Under the pieces are notes generated by a model. The model made no database searches. It saw only the letters and a list, made by a program, of their open reading frames with translations, and was not told the DNA's origin. A stretch of DNA of 64,000 nucleotides from Promethearchaeati archaeon (GTDB taxonomy: Archaea > Asgardarchaeota > Heimdallarchaeia > JABLTI01), in contig JABLTI010000003.1 of NCBI GenBank assembly GCA_013166835.1, positions 1 to 64,000 on the forward strand, written 5' to 3'. Below are positions 50,628 through 60,384 of the stretch, piece by piece (the stretch's first letter is position 1; the number at the start of each line of letters is the position of its first letter). Made by a program: the position numbers and the translations under genes.

Positions 50628-51075
50628 AATGAAGCTTCAAAGTCAAGGGGGTTTTCTCATTGCAAAAATCCATCAATTGTCAGGTCGTATATTTACAAGA
50701 TTACTGAAAAAACACCAAATCGAAATTAATCCTGCACAAGGACGAATTATGTTTGTTCTTTGGAGAGATGACAATATTCCAATTCAAGAGCTAGCCAAAA
50801 AAACATCCCTTAGTAAGACTACCTTGACTTCAATGCTTGATAGACTTGAAATTATGGGTTATATTGCACGAGTACCTTCAAATGAAGATAGAAGAAAAAT
50901 CTGTATCAAATTAACTGAAAAAGATAAGAGTTTACATGAGAAATACCGACAAGTTTCATTGGAAATGACTGAATTATTCTATCAAGGATTATCAAATGAT
51001 GAAATCGATCTTTTTGAAAAACAACTTGAAAAAACCTACAAGAATCTAATTGTAGCTGAAAAAAATCTAATGTAA
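50620..51075 (+). CDS. MarR family transcriptional regulator
   Basis: ELAKKTSL.KTTLT.MLDRLE..G, DRRK. Confidence 0.92.
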   Translation: MIEMKLQSQGGFLIAKIHQLSGRIFTRLLKKHQIEINPAQGRIMFVLWRDDNIPIQELAKKTSLSKTTLTSMLDRLEIMGYIARVPSNEDRRKICIKLTEKDKSLHEKYRQVSLEMTELFYQGLSNDEIDLFEKQLEKTYKNLIVAEKNLM

Positions 51076-51663
51076 TTTCTTAACAATCTCATTTGCTAAG
51101 TCATCTTTTGATTTCATACCATCAATTACAAAATCAGCATCTTTCAAATTGGCTATGTGATCTCTTAGATAAATTTCTCTGTGTTCTTGTAAATACATCC
51201 GCAATTGCCAATGCATTATATGCATAAGTTTTGTAGGTTTTTCAGAAAATCTTGGTTCAAATTGTGGACCAATTGTTTCATAAAAAGCATTTATACCATT
51301 ATCCTCGGATTGCTCAAGACTCCGCAGAAGAACTCGCGCAAAACTAACTTCAAGTGGAATATTGATATACACTAAGAAATCAATTTTATCTTTCATACCT
51401 TTACGTTGTCGACCAGTAGGTTCTTCTATCACAATGTATTTTCTTGGTTGAATGACACGGTTCTTTTCTGGATAAGTTATTGGATTTCCTTTCTGTAATT
51501 CACCTAAATCTTCAGTCAGTTTATCATAATTAGGTTGGTAATCATCATAAAACATGGTTTCAGAATCTTCTAGTATAGCTGCTACTTTATTGACTAAAGT
51601 TGATTTACCTGATCCAGAAGGTCCAGCAATACCTAAGACAAAGACTTTGGATTTCTTTGACAC
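51067..51663 (-). CDS. Uridine kinase-like P-loop protein
   Basis: GIAGPSGSGKST, YDDY; GTG start at 51663 with GAGGAG RBS. Confidence 0.75.
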   Translation of the reverse strand: MSKKSKVFVLGIAGPSGSGKSTLVNKVAAILEDSETMFYDDYQPNYDKLTEDLGELQKGNPITYPEKNRVIQPRKYIVIEEPTGRQRKGMKDKIDFLVYINIPLEVSFARVLLRSLEQSEDNGINAFYETIGPQFEPRFSEKPTKLMHIMHWQLRMYLQEHREIYLRDHIANLKDADFVIDGMKSKDDLANEIVKKLH

Positions 51664-51835
51664 AATTCTCCTCTCATTTCCAATCTTAAAATATACTCCT
51701 AGTAGAATTATTATCAATATTATTATGGTTCTAGATTAATACTAAAATGAGGATAAGATAATTTGAACTAGATAATATTTTTATTTCATAATACGTTCTC
51801 AGATTGAGATAATCACTATTATTCCTAACTATAAG

Positions 51836-52423
51836 TTGATTACTATGAGAACAGCTATTCCTGTTAAAGATAGAGATCTTACTAGAAAAATAATTGATAT
51901 AACATTGTTGGTTTTCTTTTTCATTAATATAATCTTCATTTGTTATATGTTTGATATTGAGCAACTAGTTGTTTCCGGTGCAGATCACACTATTAATTGG
52001 CCATTAACTCCAAGTGAGTATCCCATATGGCCACCGAAATTTATTGTTGATTTGAATCATTTTGTAGGTCAATTTGATCATGCTTTACTCCACAGAGATC
52101 CTTGGTGGCGAGCAACAATATGGATTGATGTAATACTGTTTGGTCCATTTTATATTACAGCAATTTATGCATTTATTAGAGGTAAAAATTGGATCAGAAT
52201 TCCAAGTATCATGTGGGCAACTATGATGCTAACAAATGTCACCATAATTTTCATTGTTGAATTCACTGATCCAAAATATGCAGGTGGGCAGCCACTTCCG
52301 ATTATTGCTGCGAATCTCTTATGGATATTAATGCCAATTCTCCTTATAATTCGAATGGTTTTGTATCCACAAACATTTGCAGGTCATAGACTCGGATCAA
52401 AAATGGCAAAATTAGAAGAATAG
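51836..52423 (+). CDS. EXPERA-domain (EBP/TMEM97/DUF2781-like) membrane protein
   Basis: Four TM segments; D..L...P.W......D....PF...A.YA....W.R and N..W...P. Confidence 0.75.
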   Translation: MITMRTAIPVKDRDLTRKIIDITLLVFFFINIIFICYMFDIEQLVVSGADHTINWPLTPSEYPIWPPKFIVDLNHFVGQFDHALLHRDPWWRATIWIDVILFGPFYITAIYAFIRGKNWIRIPSIMWATMMLTNVTIIFIVEFTDPKYAGGQPLPIIAANLLWILMPILLIIRMVLYPQTFAGHRLGSKMAKLEE

Positions 52424-52486
52424 TTATGGTTTTCTGAATGAAAACCTTTTTTTCTTCTTTTTTCTCCTTTATTGTGTTGTGAGTAA

Positions 52487-53287
52487 ATGAAGGATTTAGA
52501 ACTTATTGCAGAAGGCAGAACTGCTCAAGTATTTGATTGGAAAGATAATAATGTACTAAAACTATTTTTCGATTGGTTTCCTGAGGAATTTATTGATCTA
52601 GAATATGATATGAATATAGCAATTCGTGATTTTCCTATTTCTGTACCAAAAGTAATTGAACGAGTTGAAATAGATGGTCGTCAAGGAATAATTTTTGAAA
52701 AACTGCTTGGAGATACATTACTTAAATCGACTAGAGAAGAACAAAATAATTTCGAAAAACACGGAAAGATAATGAGCAATTTACACTTTCAAATTCATCA
52801 AATTAAAACTTCGAAGATTATTTCTATTCAAAATTTCTTAAAACTCTTTATCGGAAATGCTAAAGAGCTTTCGTTACGACAAAAAATGCATTTATTCTCT
52901 TATATTGATACATTGGAATCGGATAACAAATTGTGTCATTATGATTTTCATCCTGATCAAATCATGCTAACAAAAAATGGGGCATATTTAATTGACTGGG
53001 TGTCTGCTGTTTCAAGTCCTCCAAGTGCAGATGTTGCTAGAACATACTTATTATTTCTTTGTTCTGTATATTCAGGTACTGATTTTGATTTTAAGGATCT
53101 CAAGAAATTCTATGTTAGTCCTTTATTTGATGCTTATTTCAAAGATTATACCAAGCTAAATCCAAAAGTCACAAAAGAAAAAGTCTATTCTTGGTTATTG
53201 CCATTAGCTGCTGGAAGAATAGGAGAAGGAATTGAAAGTCAAACACCTTTCTTACTTAAAATGGTAACCTATCTAATTGATGAATGA
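52487..53287 (+). CDS. APH/choline-kinase-like phosphotransferase
   Basis: IAEGRTA.V, VLKLF, CHYDFHPDQI, LIDW. Confidence 0.85.
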   Translation: MKDLELIAEGRTAQVFDWKDNNVLKLFFDWFPEEFIDLEYDMNIAIRDFPISVPKVIERVEIDGRQGIIFEKLLGDTLLKSTREEQNNFEKHGKIMSNLHFQIHQIKTSKIISIQNFLKLFIGNAKELSLRQKMHLFSYIDTLESDNKLCHYDFHPDQIMLTKNGAYLIDWVSAVSSPPSADVARTYLLFLCSVYSGTDFDFKDLKKFYVSPLFDAYFKDYTKLNPKVTKEKVYSWLLPLAAGRIGEGIESQTPFLLKMVTYLIDE

Positions 53288-53344
53288 AAAATTATTAAGT
53301 AGCAATGTTAAGATATTTTAGGCAATTCTAGGAGAAAGAATTTC

Positions 53345-54103
53345 TTGGCTCTTGAAGTATTGTGGTTCATACTTGCTTTATTAGGTTCATTTCTGAGCGG
53401 ATCCATTCCATATTCTGTAATAATTGGTAGATTAAGAACAGGTAAAGATTTGAGAAATTATAATATAGGAAATCCTGGTGGTTTCAATGCGGTTTTAACT
53501 TATGGAATACCAATTGGTATGATTGTTATTTTCGCAGATGTTTTGAAAGGATTGATACCAATAGCATTGATTGATTGGAGTTTTTCAAAATATATTGGTA
53601 TTGATACTATTTGGTATCAACTCGCAGTTATACTAGGACCAGCACTATGTATTCTCGGACATAATCATTCGCCGTTTCTAAATTTCAGAGGTGGACGAGG
53701 TGCAGCTGTATTTGCTGGAACCTTCTTTTGGGTAAATCCTCTCGTATTTATAATCCTATTTTTACCCTTTGCTATAATGATTGGTCTCTTCAAAGTACCT
53801 ACTAGGGTTTCTATGATTTTGGCTGCAATATTTTACCTTCCAGCAGCTTTGTTTATACCTATTGCACCTCCATATTCAATGCACATGCTTGAAACTCTTG
53901 CTTTCCCACAAGCAAATCCCTTTCTATATCTTGTACCGTTTCTATTATCTCTTGGAATGCTTTTAGCTCAATTACCTAGATTAATTCCTAGTGTAATTGC
54001 TGCTATTCGAGGAGAAGAATGGACTTATACAATTTCAGAAGGACAACAACTACCTGAGAAATTTAAAAAAGATAAAGAAACAGTAAGTAAAGAAGAAACG
54101 TAA
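53345..54103 (+). CDS. plsY: Glycerol-3-phosphate acyltransferase PlsY-like (divergent)
   Basis: GSIP, DLR....GNPG..N, DVLKG, GHNHSPFL.F.GGRG. Confidence 0.8.
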   Translation: MALEVLWFILALLGSFLSGSIPYSVIIGRLRTGKDLRNYNIGNPGGFNAVLTYGIPIGMIVIFADVLKGLIPIALIDWSFSKYIGIDTIWYQLAVILGPALCILGHNHSPFLNFRGGRGAAVFAGTFFWVNPLVFIILFLPFAIMIGLFKVPTRVSMILAAIFYLPAALFIPIAPPYSMHMLETLAFPQANPFLYLVPFLLSLGMLLAQLPRLIPSVIAAIRGEEWTYTISEGQQLPEKFKKDKETVSKEET

Positions 54104-54109
54104 GTTTCT
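54094..54109. terminator. Hairpin at the end of plsY, between convergent genes
   Basis: AGAAAC-GTAA-GTTTCT. Confidence 0.35.
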
Positions 54110-54156
54110 CTTCTCTAAAATCATCTTTTATAAAGAAAAAAGAAAGAAGAATAGTG

Positions 54157-55035
54157 TTATTTTGATCTCTTTCTTAGTAAGACCATAACACTAACTGTTA
54201 GTATTGAAGCTAATCCAATTAATAGGAATGGAGCTCCGATTTTTCTTGTATATGAGCTTTCTGTAACTTGGACAGTCATAGCGAAATTGGTATTTATCCC
54301 TTGGTAATCCCCTGAGATAAGAGTAAACATATCGTATCCTAACAAGACATAATTTGTTACATTGTAATCGAATCGTAAGCTATGAATTATCCCTAAACCT
54401 GTTGATTCAGCAGCAACTTCATATCTGCCACTTACATCAATCTCAAAGGCTATTGTTGCACCGCTATCATACCAGGTTGCTGTAACATCTGTGGTGACAT
54501 TACCTTCATCGTTATCAAATCCACTAAACAATGAATCCCAGTTGGTATCATCATTAAATGAATCATAGACATCGGTCCAAACTATACTTGGTGGAGCAAC
54601 ATAGAATGCATCACCTAAACTTACACCTTTACTTACATCCAAATCTTGGACGGAAGCAGAGGATATACCAAGCATAAGGAACGGATAGACGGAATAATAA
54701 AGCAATGATAAACCAAAGAGAAGACTACTTGAACTAATATCTGCTAATAAAACTGCTGAAGCATCAAAGATAGAATAATCAACACTTGAGGTTCCTATTG
54801 CATCCACTTGAACATCTATTTTGTCTCCTTTGTCTATAGCTGTATCTCCTACTCGGAATTTATCTGTTTGTCCAGTAACTGTCACAGCACTTTCAACATA
54901 GTTAAAATTACCATATGCTTTCTTTACTTCAAACTCAAACTCATCACCAACAGTCAATGATCCTTGAACGGATAAGAATGGAACAGAAAAAGTGAGAGCT
55001 ATTAAAATAAAAGTAATAAGAGTTATCTTCTTCAC
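54157..55035 (-). CDS. Secreted, C-terminally anchored protein (choice-of-anchor S-like)
   Basis: N-terminal signal peptide, beta-rich body, C-terminal APF-TM-RKRSK. Confidence 0.65.
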   Translation of the reverse strand: MKKITLITFILIALTFSVPFLSVQGSLTVGDEFEFEVKKAYGNFNYVESAVTVTGQTDKFRVGDTAIDKGDKIDVQVDAIGTSSVDYSIFDASAVLLADISSSSLLFGLSLLYYSVYPFLMLGISSASVQDLDVSKGVSLGDAFYVAPPSIVWTDVYDSFNDDTNWDSLFSGFDNDEGNVTTDVTATWYDSGATIAFEIDVSGRYEVAAESTGLGIIHSLRFDYNVTNYVLLGYDMFTLISGDYQGINTNFAMTVQVTESSYTRKIGAPFLLIGLASILTVSVMVLLRKRSK

Positions 55036-55142
55036 AATATTTCACCATGTTTTTTCAATTATACTGAAGAAATTATATTTTAAAACTATTTAAATTAATT
55101 TTTTATGGCATAATTTTCCGAAAGAAAGTTTAAAACATTTTA

Positions 55143-56012
55143 ATGAATAGTTTCTGTATGTCAGATTTAACTAAAAAGTACAAAATAGGTTTAGAGTATT
55201 TGAGAAAAACTGGATTCGATCATATAGTTAGAGAGCTAGGAGCTTTTGGTGTGGAAGTATACAAATACAAGCCACATTCCCGTTTTGACAGCGAGAAAAA
55301 GGATTTACCAAATCCTTGTCAATTTCGAGATTTTGTTTTAACAAAAAAGCTAATGGATCATTATCAAATTAAAACTAAAGTAGATATTGCTCGCTATTTA
55401 CGGATAATTTCCATAATTCTATCAAATTTCAGTCTTCCAGATGAATATGATAATTTTGATATTCATAGAAGGGAATTAAGAAGATATTTCCATAATAACA
55501 ATTATCAAAGTATAGCAAGTAAAAAATCAGCTATTCGAGAAGCCTTAATGGCATATAATGAAGCTTTCAGTTCTCGAATTTCAATTCCCGAATCAGATTA
55601 CAATGGTTTAGCTGATGTTCTAAATCTCTTTTACAATATTTATGATACTTTACCAGATATAGAGATAAAGAAGGAAAAAACAATTACAGGTGATGAAGAT
55701 GACTTATTTGGTGATTACGACGATTTTTACGATGACTATGATTCAGAGAGTGAAGGAGAATCCTCATACGAAGAACCAGATATCATGTGGGCTTATGATG
55801 GATTGTATAAAGACTTTACAGATGAAAAATTAATTGAACGACTTAAGGATGATAGACAAAGAGGAACATTACGTGTTAGTCTTCCAACTATGGAAATTAA
55901 AGAATATTCAGACACTGTACTAAAAAAACTATTGAAAAATGAAACTGAAAGAAAGAAACTTCTTCAAAAAATACAAAATTGGCATAGTAAGACATTTCCA
56001 AAGAAAAAGTAA
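55143..56012 (+). CDS. Hypothetical protein with acidic tract
   Basis: 289-aa ORF; D/E/Y-rich segment; no motif recognised. Confidence 0.6.
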   Translation: MNSFCMSDLTKKYKIGLEYLRKTGFDHIVRELGAFGVEVYKYKPHSRFDSEKKDLPNPCQFRDFVLTKKLMDHYQIKTKVDIARYLRIISIILSNFSLPDEYDNFDIHRRELRRYFHNNNYQSIASKKSAIREALMAYNEAFSSRISIPESDYNGLADVLNLFYNIYDTLPDIEIKKEKTITGDEDDLFGDYDDFYDDYDSESEGESSYEEPDIMWAYDGLYKDFTDEKLIERLKDDRQRGTLRVSLPTMEIKEYSDTVLKKLLKNETERKKLLQKIQNWHSKTFPKKK

Positions 56013-56032
56013 AGAAAATTGAAATCTAAATA

Positions 56033-58396
56033 TCAATAACCATGTTCAGTTCTCTTTATGATTTCATCTTGGAGTTTAGGACCTAAATTGATATAGTAAT
56101 CACTGTAGCCAGCAACTCTCACTATTAGATCTCTATATTTCTCCGGATTCTTTTGAGCTTCTCTCAAAGTATCAGCTGATACAACATTGAATTGAATGTG
56201 ATGACCACCTAGCTTGAAGTATCCTCGAACTAGATGGGTAATATTTTCAATACCTTCATCTGTAGCAAAGAAACTAGGAGTAAATTTTTGATTTAGCAAT
56301 GTACCTCCAGTTCTTACATGGTCTATTTTACTTGCAGATTTCAAAACAGCAGTTGGTCCTTTGGTATCTGAACCTTGAACTGGGGAAATACCTTCTGAGA
56401 GTGGTTCAAATGCTTTTCTTCCATCAGGCATTGCGCCAATAACACTTCCAAAATAAACATGAACTGTTGTAGGAAGAAGATTTATTCTATGTTGACCACC
56501 TTTTGTGTTTGGTCTGCCATCTACAGCATTAAAGTATAATTCAAATACATCCATCGTTATTGCATCTGGATAATCCTCATCATTTCCATATTTAGGAGTA
56601 TCACAAATGAATCTCTGACGAAGCTCCTCTTTATCTTTAAAGTTAGTTGTTAATATCTCGAGTAATTCTTTCATTGTTAGATTTTTTTCATCAAAAATGT
56701 TGTACTTTATTGATGTCAATGAATCAGTAATACTCCCTAGACCTACTCCTTGAATATAGGATGAGTTGTATCTAGCTCCACCAGCATTGTAATCCTTAGC
56801 ATTTTTGATGCAATCATCAATAATTATTGATAAGAATGGTGATGGCAAATAATTGCCCCATAATTTTTCAATTATGTTGTTTCCCTTGATTTTAATATCA
56901 ACGAAATGCTGAACTTGTTTACTAAAAGCCTTAAACAGTTCATCGTAGGTTTTGAATTGTGTAGTATCACCTGTTCTCAAACCTATTTGTTTCTTAGTTT
57001 TTGTATCAAGACCATTATGTAAAGTTACTTCTAAGATTTTTACTAAATTGAAATATCCTGTCAAGCTATAATTTTCTTTACCAAATGCTCCGGTTTCCAC
57101 ACACCCGCTAGTACCACCATTTCTAGCATCTTCAATAGATTTTCCAACTCGCAACATTTCCTGAATTATGATATCAGTATTGAAAATAGATGGTTGTCCA
57201 AAACCAGTTTTAATAATCTTTAAAGCTCTTTTTAAGAAGTCATCTGGGGTGATTTTGCTTATTTGTACCATTGAACTTGGTTGTAAAATTCTCATTTCTT
57301 CTATAACATCAAGGATTAGGTATGATAACTCATTGACCCCATCTGTTCCATCTTCTTTTAATCCCCCAAGATTGATCAAACAAAAATCGGTATAAGTATT
57401 GCTTTCTTCTGCTGTAACTCCAACTTTCGGTGGAGCAGGTTGATTATTAAATTTAATCCAAAATGCTTCCAGAAGTTCTTTTGCTCCTTCTTTTGTTAAT
57501 GTTCCTTCAGCAATTTCCTTCTTGTAAAAAGGATAAAGATGTTGATCTAGTCTCCCTGGATTAAATGAATCCCAGGTATTAAGTTCAGTAATTACTCCTA
57601 AATGAATAAACCAGTAGTGCTGTAATGCTTCTCTAAATGTACGTGGGGCATTTTCTGGAACGTTTTTGCATGTTTCAGCAATTAATTCAAGCTCTTTCTT
57701 ACGTTTAGGATCCTTTTCTTTTTTAGCCAACTCTTCCGCTTTCTCAGCATGCCGTTCTGCAAAACTCATAATTGCCGTTGCTGCGATTTCCATTGCTCTA
57801 AGTTCATCACGTTTATCTAATGATTCGGGATCATTATCATAATCTATGCTTTCAAAACTCTGTTGAATGTCAGCCATATAATCAGAAAAACCATTCACGA
57901 ATATTTTACCATCTGAAACAGTATGTCCAGGAGCTCGTTGCTCCATAAACTCAGTAAAAACACCTGCTTCGTAAGCATCTATCCATAGATAGTCAACCTC
58001 AGAGAAAATTCGATCACGTATTGATCTCCCCTTCCAGAAAGGAATAATCTCCTCTTCTGATAGCTTTCTTGTTTCATCACTTACTTTAAATGATATTTTC
58101 TCTCGAGAATCTAAAATATCTAAATCTTTCAAGGAGTGGCAACAAATTTCTGGATAAGTAGAAGTAGCTTTAGGAGCTGAACCACGTTCTCCTACAATTA
58201 GCTCATTATCATTAATGCAAATTTCTTTGTTTTCTAATAAATACTTGAATGCTAAGGCTCTGGCAACAGGAATAGATACTTTTTCTGTGACTCCACTTTT
58301 ATAAAAATCTGTGAGTAATTTTGCTCTTTCAATAGAAAGTGTAGGTATTGTATTTCTACTCTGATCTCGAAGTTTCTTAATCCTGTCAAGCATCAT
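56033..58396 (-). CDS. hypD: Glycyl radical enzyme, trans-4-hydroxy-L-proline dehydratase type
   Basis: EQRAPGHT, ELNTWDSF, PAPPKVGVTAEES.TYTDF, single-Cys SGCVE, LTGYFN, RVAGYS. Confidence 0.88.
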   Translation of the reverse strand: MMLDRIKKLRDQSRNTIPTLSIERAKLLTDFYKSGVTEKVSIPVARALAFKYLLENKEICINDNELIVGERGSAPKATSTYPEICCHSLKDLDILDSREKISFKVSDETRKLSEEEIIPFWKGRSIRDRIFSEVDYLWIDAYEAGVFTEFMEQRAPGHTVSDGKIFVNGFSDYMADIQQSFESIDYDNDPESLDKRDELRAMEIAATAIMSFAERHAEKAEELAKKEKDPKRKKELELIAETCKNVPENAPRTFREALQHYWFIHLGVITELNTWDSFNPGRLDQHLYPFYKKEIAEGTLTKEGAKELLEAFWIKFNNQPAPPKVGVTAEESNTYTDFCLINLGGLKEDGTDGVNELSYLILDVIEEMRILQPSSMVQISKITPDDFLKRALKIIKTGFGQPSIFNTDIIIQEMLRVGKSIEDARNGGTSGCVETGAFGKENYSLTGYFNLVKILEVTLHNGLDTKTKKQIGLRTGDTTQFKTYDELFKAFSKQVQHFVDIKIKGNNIIEKLWGNYLPSPFLSIIIDDCIKNAKDYNAGGARYNSSYIQGVGLGSITDSLTSIKYNIFDEKNLTMKELLEILTTNFKDKEELRQRFICDTPKYGNDEDYPDAITMDVFELYFNAVDGRPNTKGGQHRINLLPTTVHVYFGSVIGAMPDGRKAFEPLSEGISPVQGSDTKGPTAVLKSASKIDHVRTGGTLLNQKFTPSFFATDEGIENITHLVRGYFKLGGHHIQFNVVSADTLREAQKNPEKYRDLIVRVAGYSDYYINLGPKLQDEIIKRTEHGY

Positions 58397-59211
58397 TATT
58401 CCTCTAATTTAACCAATAAACCATACTTCTCGAGTTTTTCTTTGATTGCTATCATGTGTTCTTTTGTTGGTTTTGAAATATCTTTCATTCGGTTTATTTT
58501 GTTTAGTTTCCGATATTTATCCTCACCAATCTTGTGAAAAGGTAATAGTTCAACTCTAATAATCTCTAATTGTGACAAGAATTCCCCAAATTGTTTGATA
58601 TCTTCTAAGCTATCATTAACAGTTGGAATTATTGGAATTCTAATTATAACTTTCTGTCCTGCTTTAGTTAACATTTCAAGATTTTGTTTTATTATAGTAT
58701 TTGACTTTCCAGTGTATTTACTATGTTTTTCCTCATCAACAATTTTCAAGTCATAAAGAAAAAGATCTACTAATTTAGCTATTTCTTTCACAACATCTAA
58801 TGAAGCACAACCAGAGGTGTCAAGTGTTGTATGCAGACCTAGTTCTTTTGATTTCTTTAATAATAACAACAAGAACTTTGATTGTAAGAGCGGTTCTCCC
58901 CCTGAAAAAGTAACTCCACCACTAGAAATTTCATAAAAGACTTGGTCTTTCATAATTACCTGTATTATTTCATCAAGGGAAATTTCTTTCCCAATCAATT
59001 CTTTTCTTTCAAAGCAAGCTTTAGAAGAGGACCCAGTGAAGACTTGTCTTGTTATTGTTTCCGGTTCTGTTGAATGACTTTCTGGGTTGTGGCACCACCA
59101 ACAATCCATAGGGCAACCTTTGAAAAAAATGGTCGTGCGTATACCTGGACCATCATGAACGGCAAATTTTTTTATATCAAAGATAACTCCTTTAGGTTCC
59201 ATATTCTTCAA
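58396..59211 (-). CDS. Glycyl-radical enzyme activating radical SAM protein
   Basis: HDGPGIRT, GCPMDCWWCHNPES, GGVTFSGGEP; coupled to hypD. Confidence 0.93.
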   Translation of the reverse strand: MKNMEPKGVIFDIKKFAVHDGPGIRTTIFFKGCPMDCWWCHNPESHSTEPETITRQVFTGSSSKACFERKELIGKEISLDEIIQVIMKDQVFYEISSGGVTFSGGEPLLQSKFLLLLLKKSKELGLHTTLDTSGCASLDVVKEIAKLVDLFLYDLKIVDEEKHSKYTGKSNTIIKQNLEMLTKAGQKVIIRIPIIPTVNDSLEDIKQFGEFLSQLEIIRVELLPFHKIGEDKYRKLNKINRMKDISKPTKEHMIAIKEKLEKYGLLVKLEE

Positions 59212-59352
59212 CAGAGCAATTTTTCAGTTAATAGGTTAATTATAGATTAACAAGAATTACATTCTTTTTTCTTTTAAACTTTCAGTGAGTTGGCGAATTT
59301 CTTTTTGCCTAAATCGTCAATGTTAATAAATGCCAAGTTAAAGTAAGGGAGT

Positions 59353-60222
59353 ATGACAGAACAAGATTTCGAAAATATACGAATACTAGATAATTTTTAC
59401 CAAACATCCAGCTTTTTCCCAATGCCAGTTATACTTGTTAGTACAATTTCAGAAGATGGCAAAACAAACTTGGGTCCATACTCACTATGTTTCCCATTTA
59501 GAATTGCTGGAAACGGTAAATGGGCTATGAAATTAAACGCACGAAGTGACAGCAATACTGCAATGAATATCAGACGAACAGGTGTTTGTTCTCTCAACTT
59601 TATTCCCGATGATAAGAAAAGTATGGAAGCATGTGTACAATTAGGTTTTCCTGGTGAGAAAACTGTAGAAAAAATGAAACACAATGGATTTACATTAATT
59701 CCTTCATACAGAAATGGGAATGGAAACGGAACAGAATATCCTGAAATTGTAAAAGAATCTATCCAAGTTTTCGAATGCTCAGTTGCTGAAGATATCCCAA
59801 TTTGGATCGATGAAGAAACCACTGAATGTCATATGGTTCTCACAATTGAGAAAATAATCATGAAGAAAAAATGGAAAAATGCATTAATTAAAGGTGAAGG
59901 GTTCCCACCAATTCCAATTGATTATGGATTTAGAAATAATGTAAACTTTTGGTTTACAAAACACAGCAAACCTTACAAAATTCCTCTACCAGAAAGAAAA
60001 GGTATTGATATTAACTCTGTGAAATATGCTATAAGTCGTTGTGATCCGGATATTAAGTGGACAGATAAAGCTTGTGAGAAAATTGTTAAGGTTCCACGTA
60101 TTTTCCTTAATCGGGTTGTTCAAGGTATTATGGATCAAGCCAAGAAGGAAGGTATTACTTTAGTTACAGGTGAATTTATGGATAAAATGCGAGATAAACG
60201 CTCAGATGAACAAGATAATTAA
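59353..60222 (+). CDS. Flavin-reductase-like split-barrel protein fused to a C-terminal PCP_red domain
   Basis: PMPVILVST...G.TNLGPYS, SNT..NI; C-terminal W...A...I.KVP.IF...V......AK..G...VT. Confidence 0.72.
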   Translation: MTEQDFENIRILDNFYQTSSFFPMPVILVSTISEDGKTNLGPYSLCFPFRIAGNGKWAMKLNARSDSNTAMNIRRTGVCSLNFIPDDKKSMEACVQLGFPGEKTVEKMKHNGFTLIPSYRNGNGNGTEYPEIVKESIQVFECSVAEDIPIWIDEETTECHMVLTIEKIIMKKKWKNALIKGEGFPPIPIDYGFRNNVNFWFTKHSKPYKIPLPERKGIDINSVKYAISRCDPDIKWTDKACEKIVKVPRIFLNRVVQGIMDQAKKEGITLVTGEFMDKMRDKRSDEQDN

Positions 60223-60384
60223 ATTCTGATTTTTAAATCACCACATACTTATCTGAATCCCTATTCTAGGAGTTCTTTCTTATTTTTCTTAGTTAATTTA
60301 TCTCTACACTAAATTTTCTTGTTTGGTTATGTATAAATAAGGTTACTACCCAAGTAGTAACTAAAGGCTTGGTGTTATAGAAAG

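Noticed and set aside
51731-51964. 77-aa minus-strand ORF
   Set aside because: Overlaps the EXPERA gene antisense and the divergent promoter region; low-complexity AT-rich translation
56033-58396. Pyruvate formate-lyase
   Set aside because: Single-Cys GCVE loop rather than the adjacent CC of PFL; motifs match HypD
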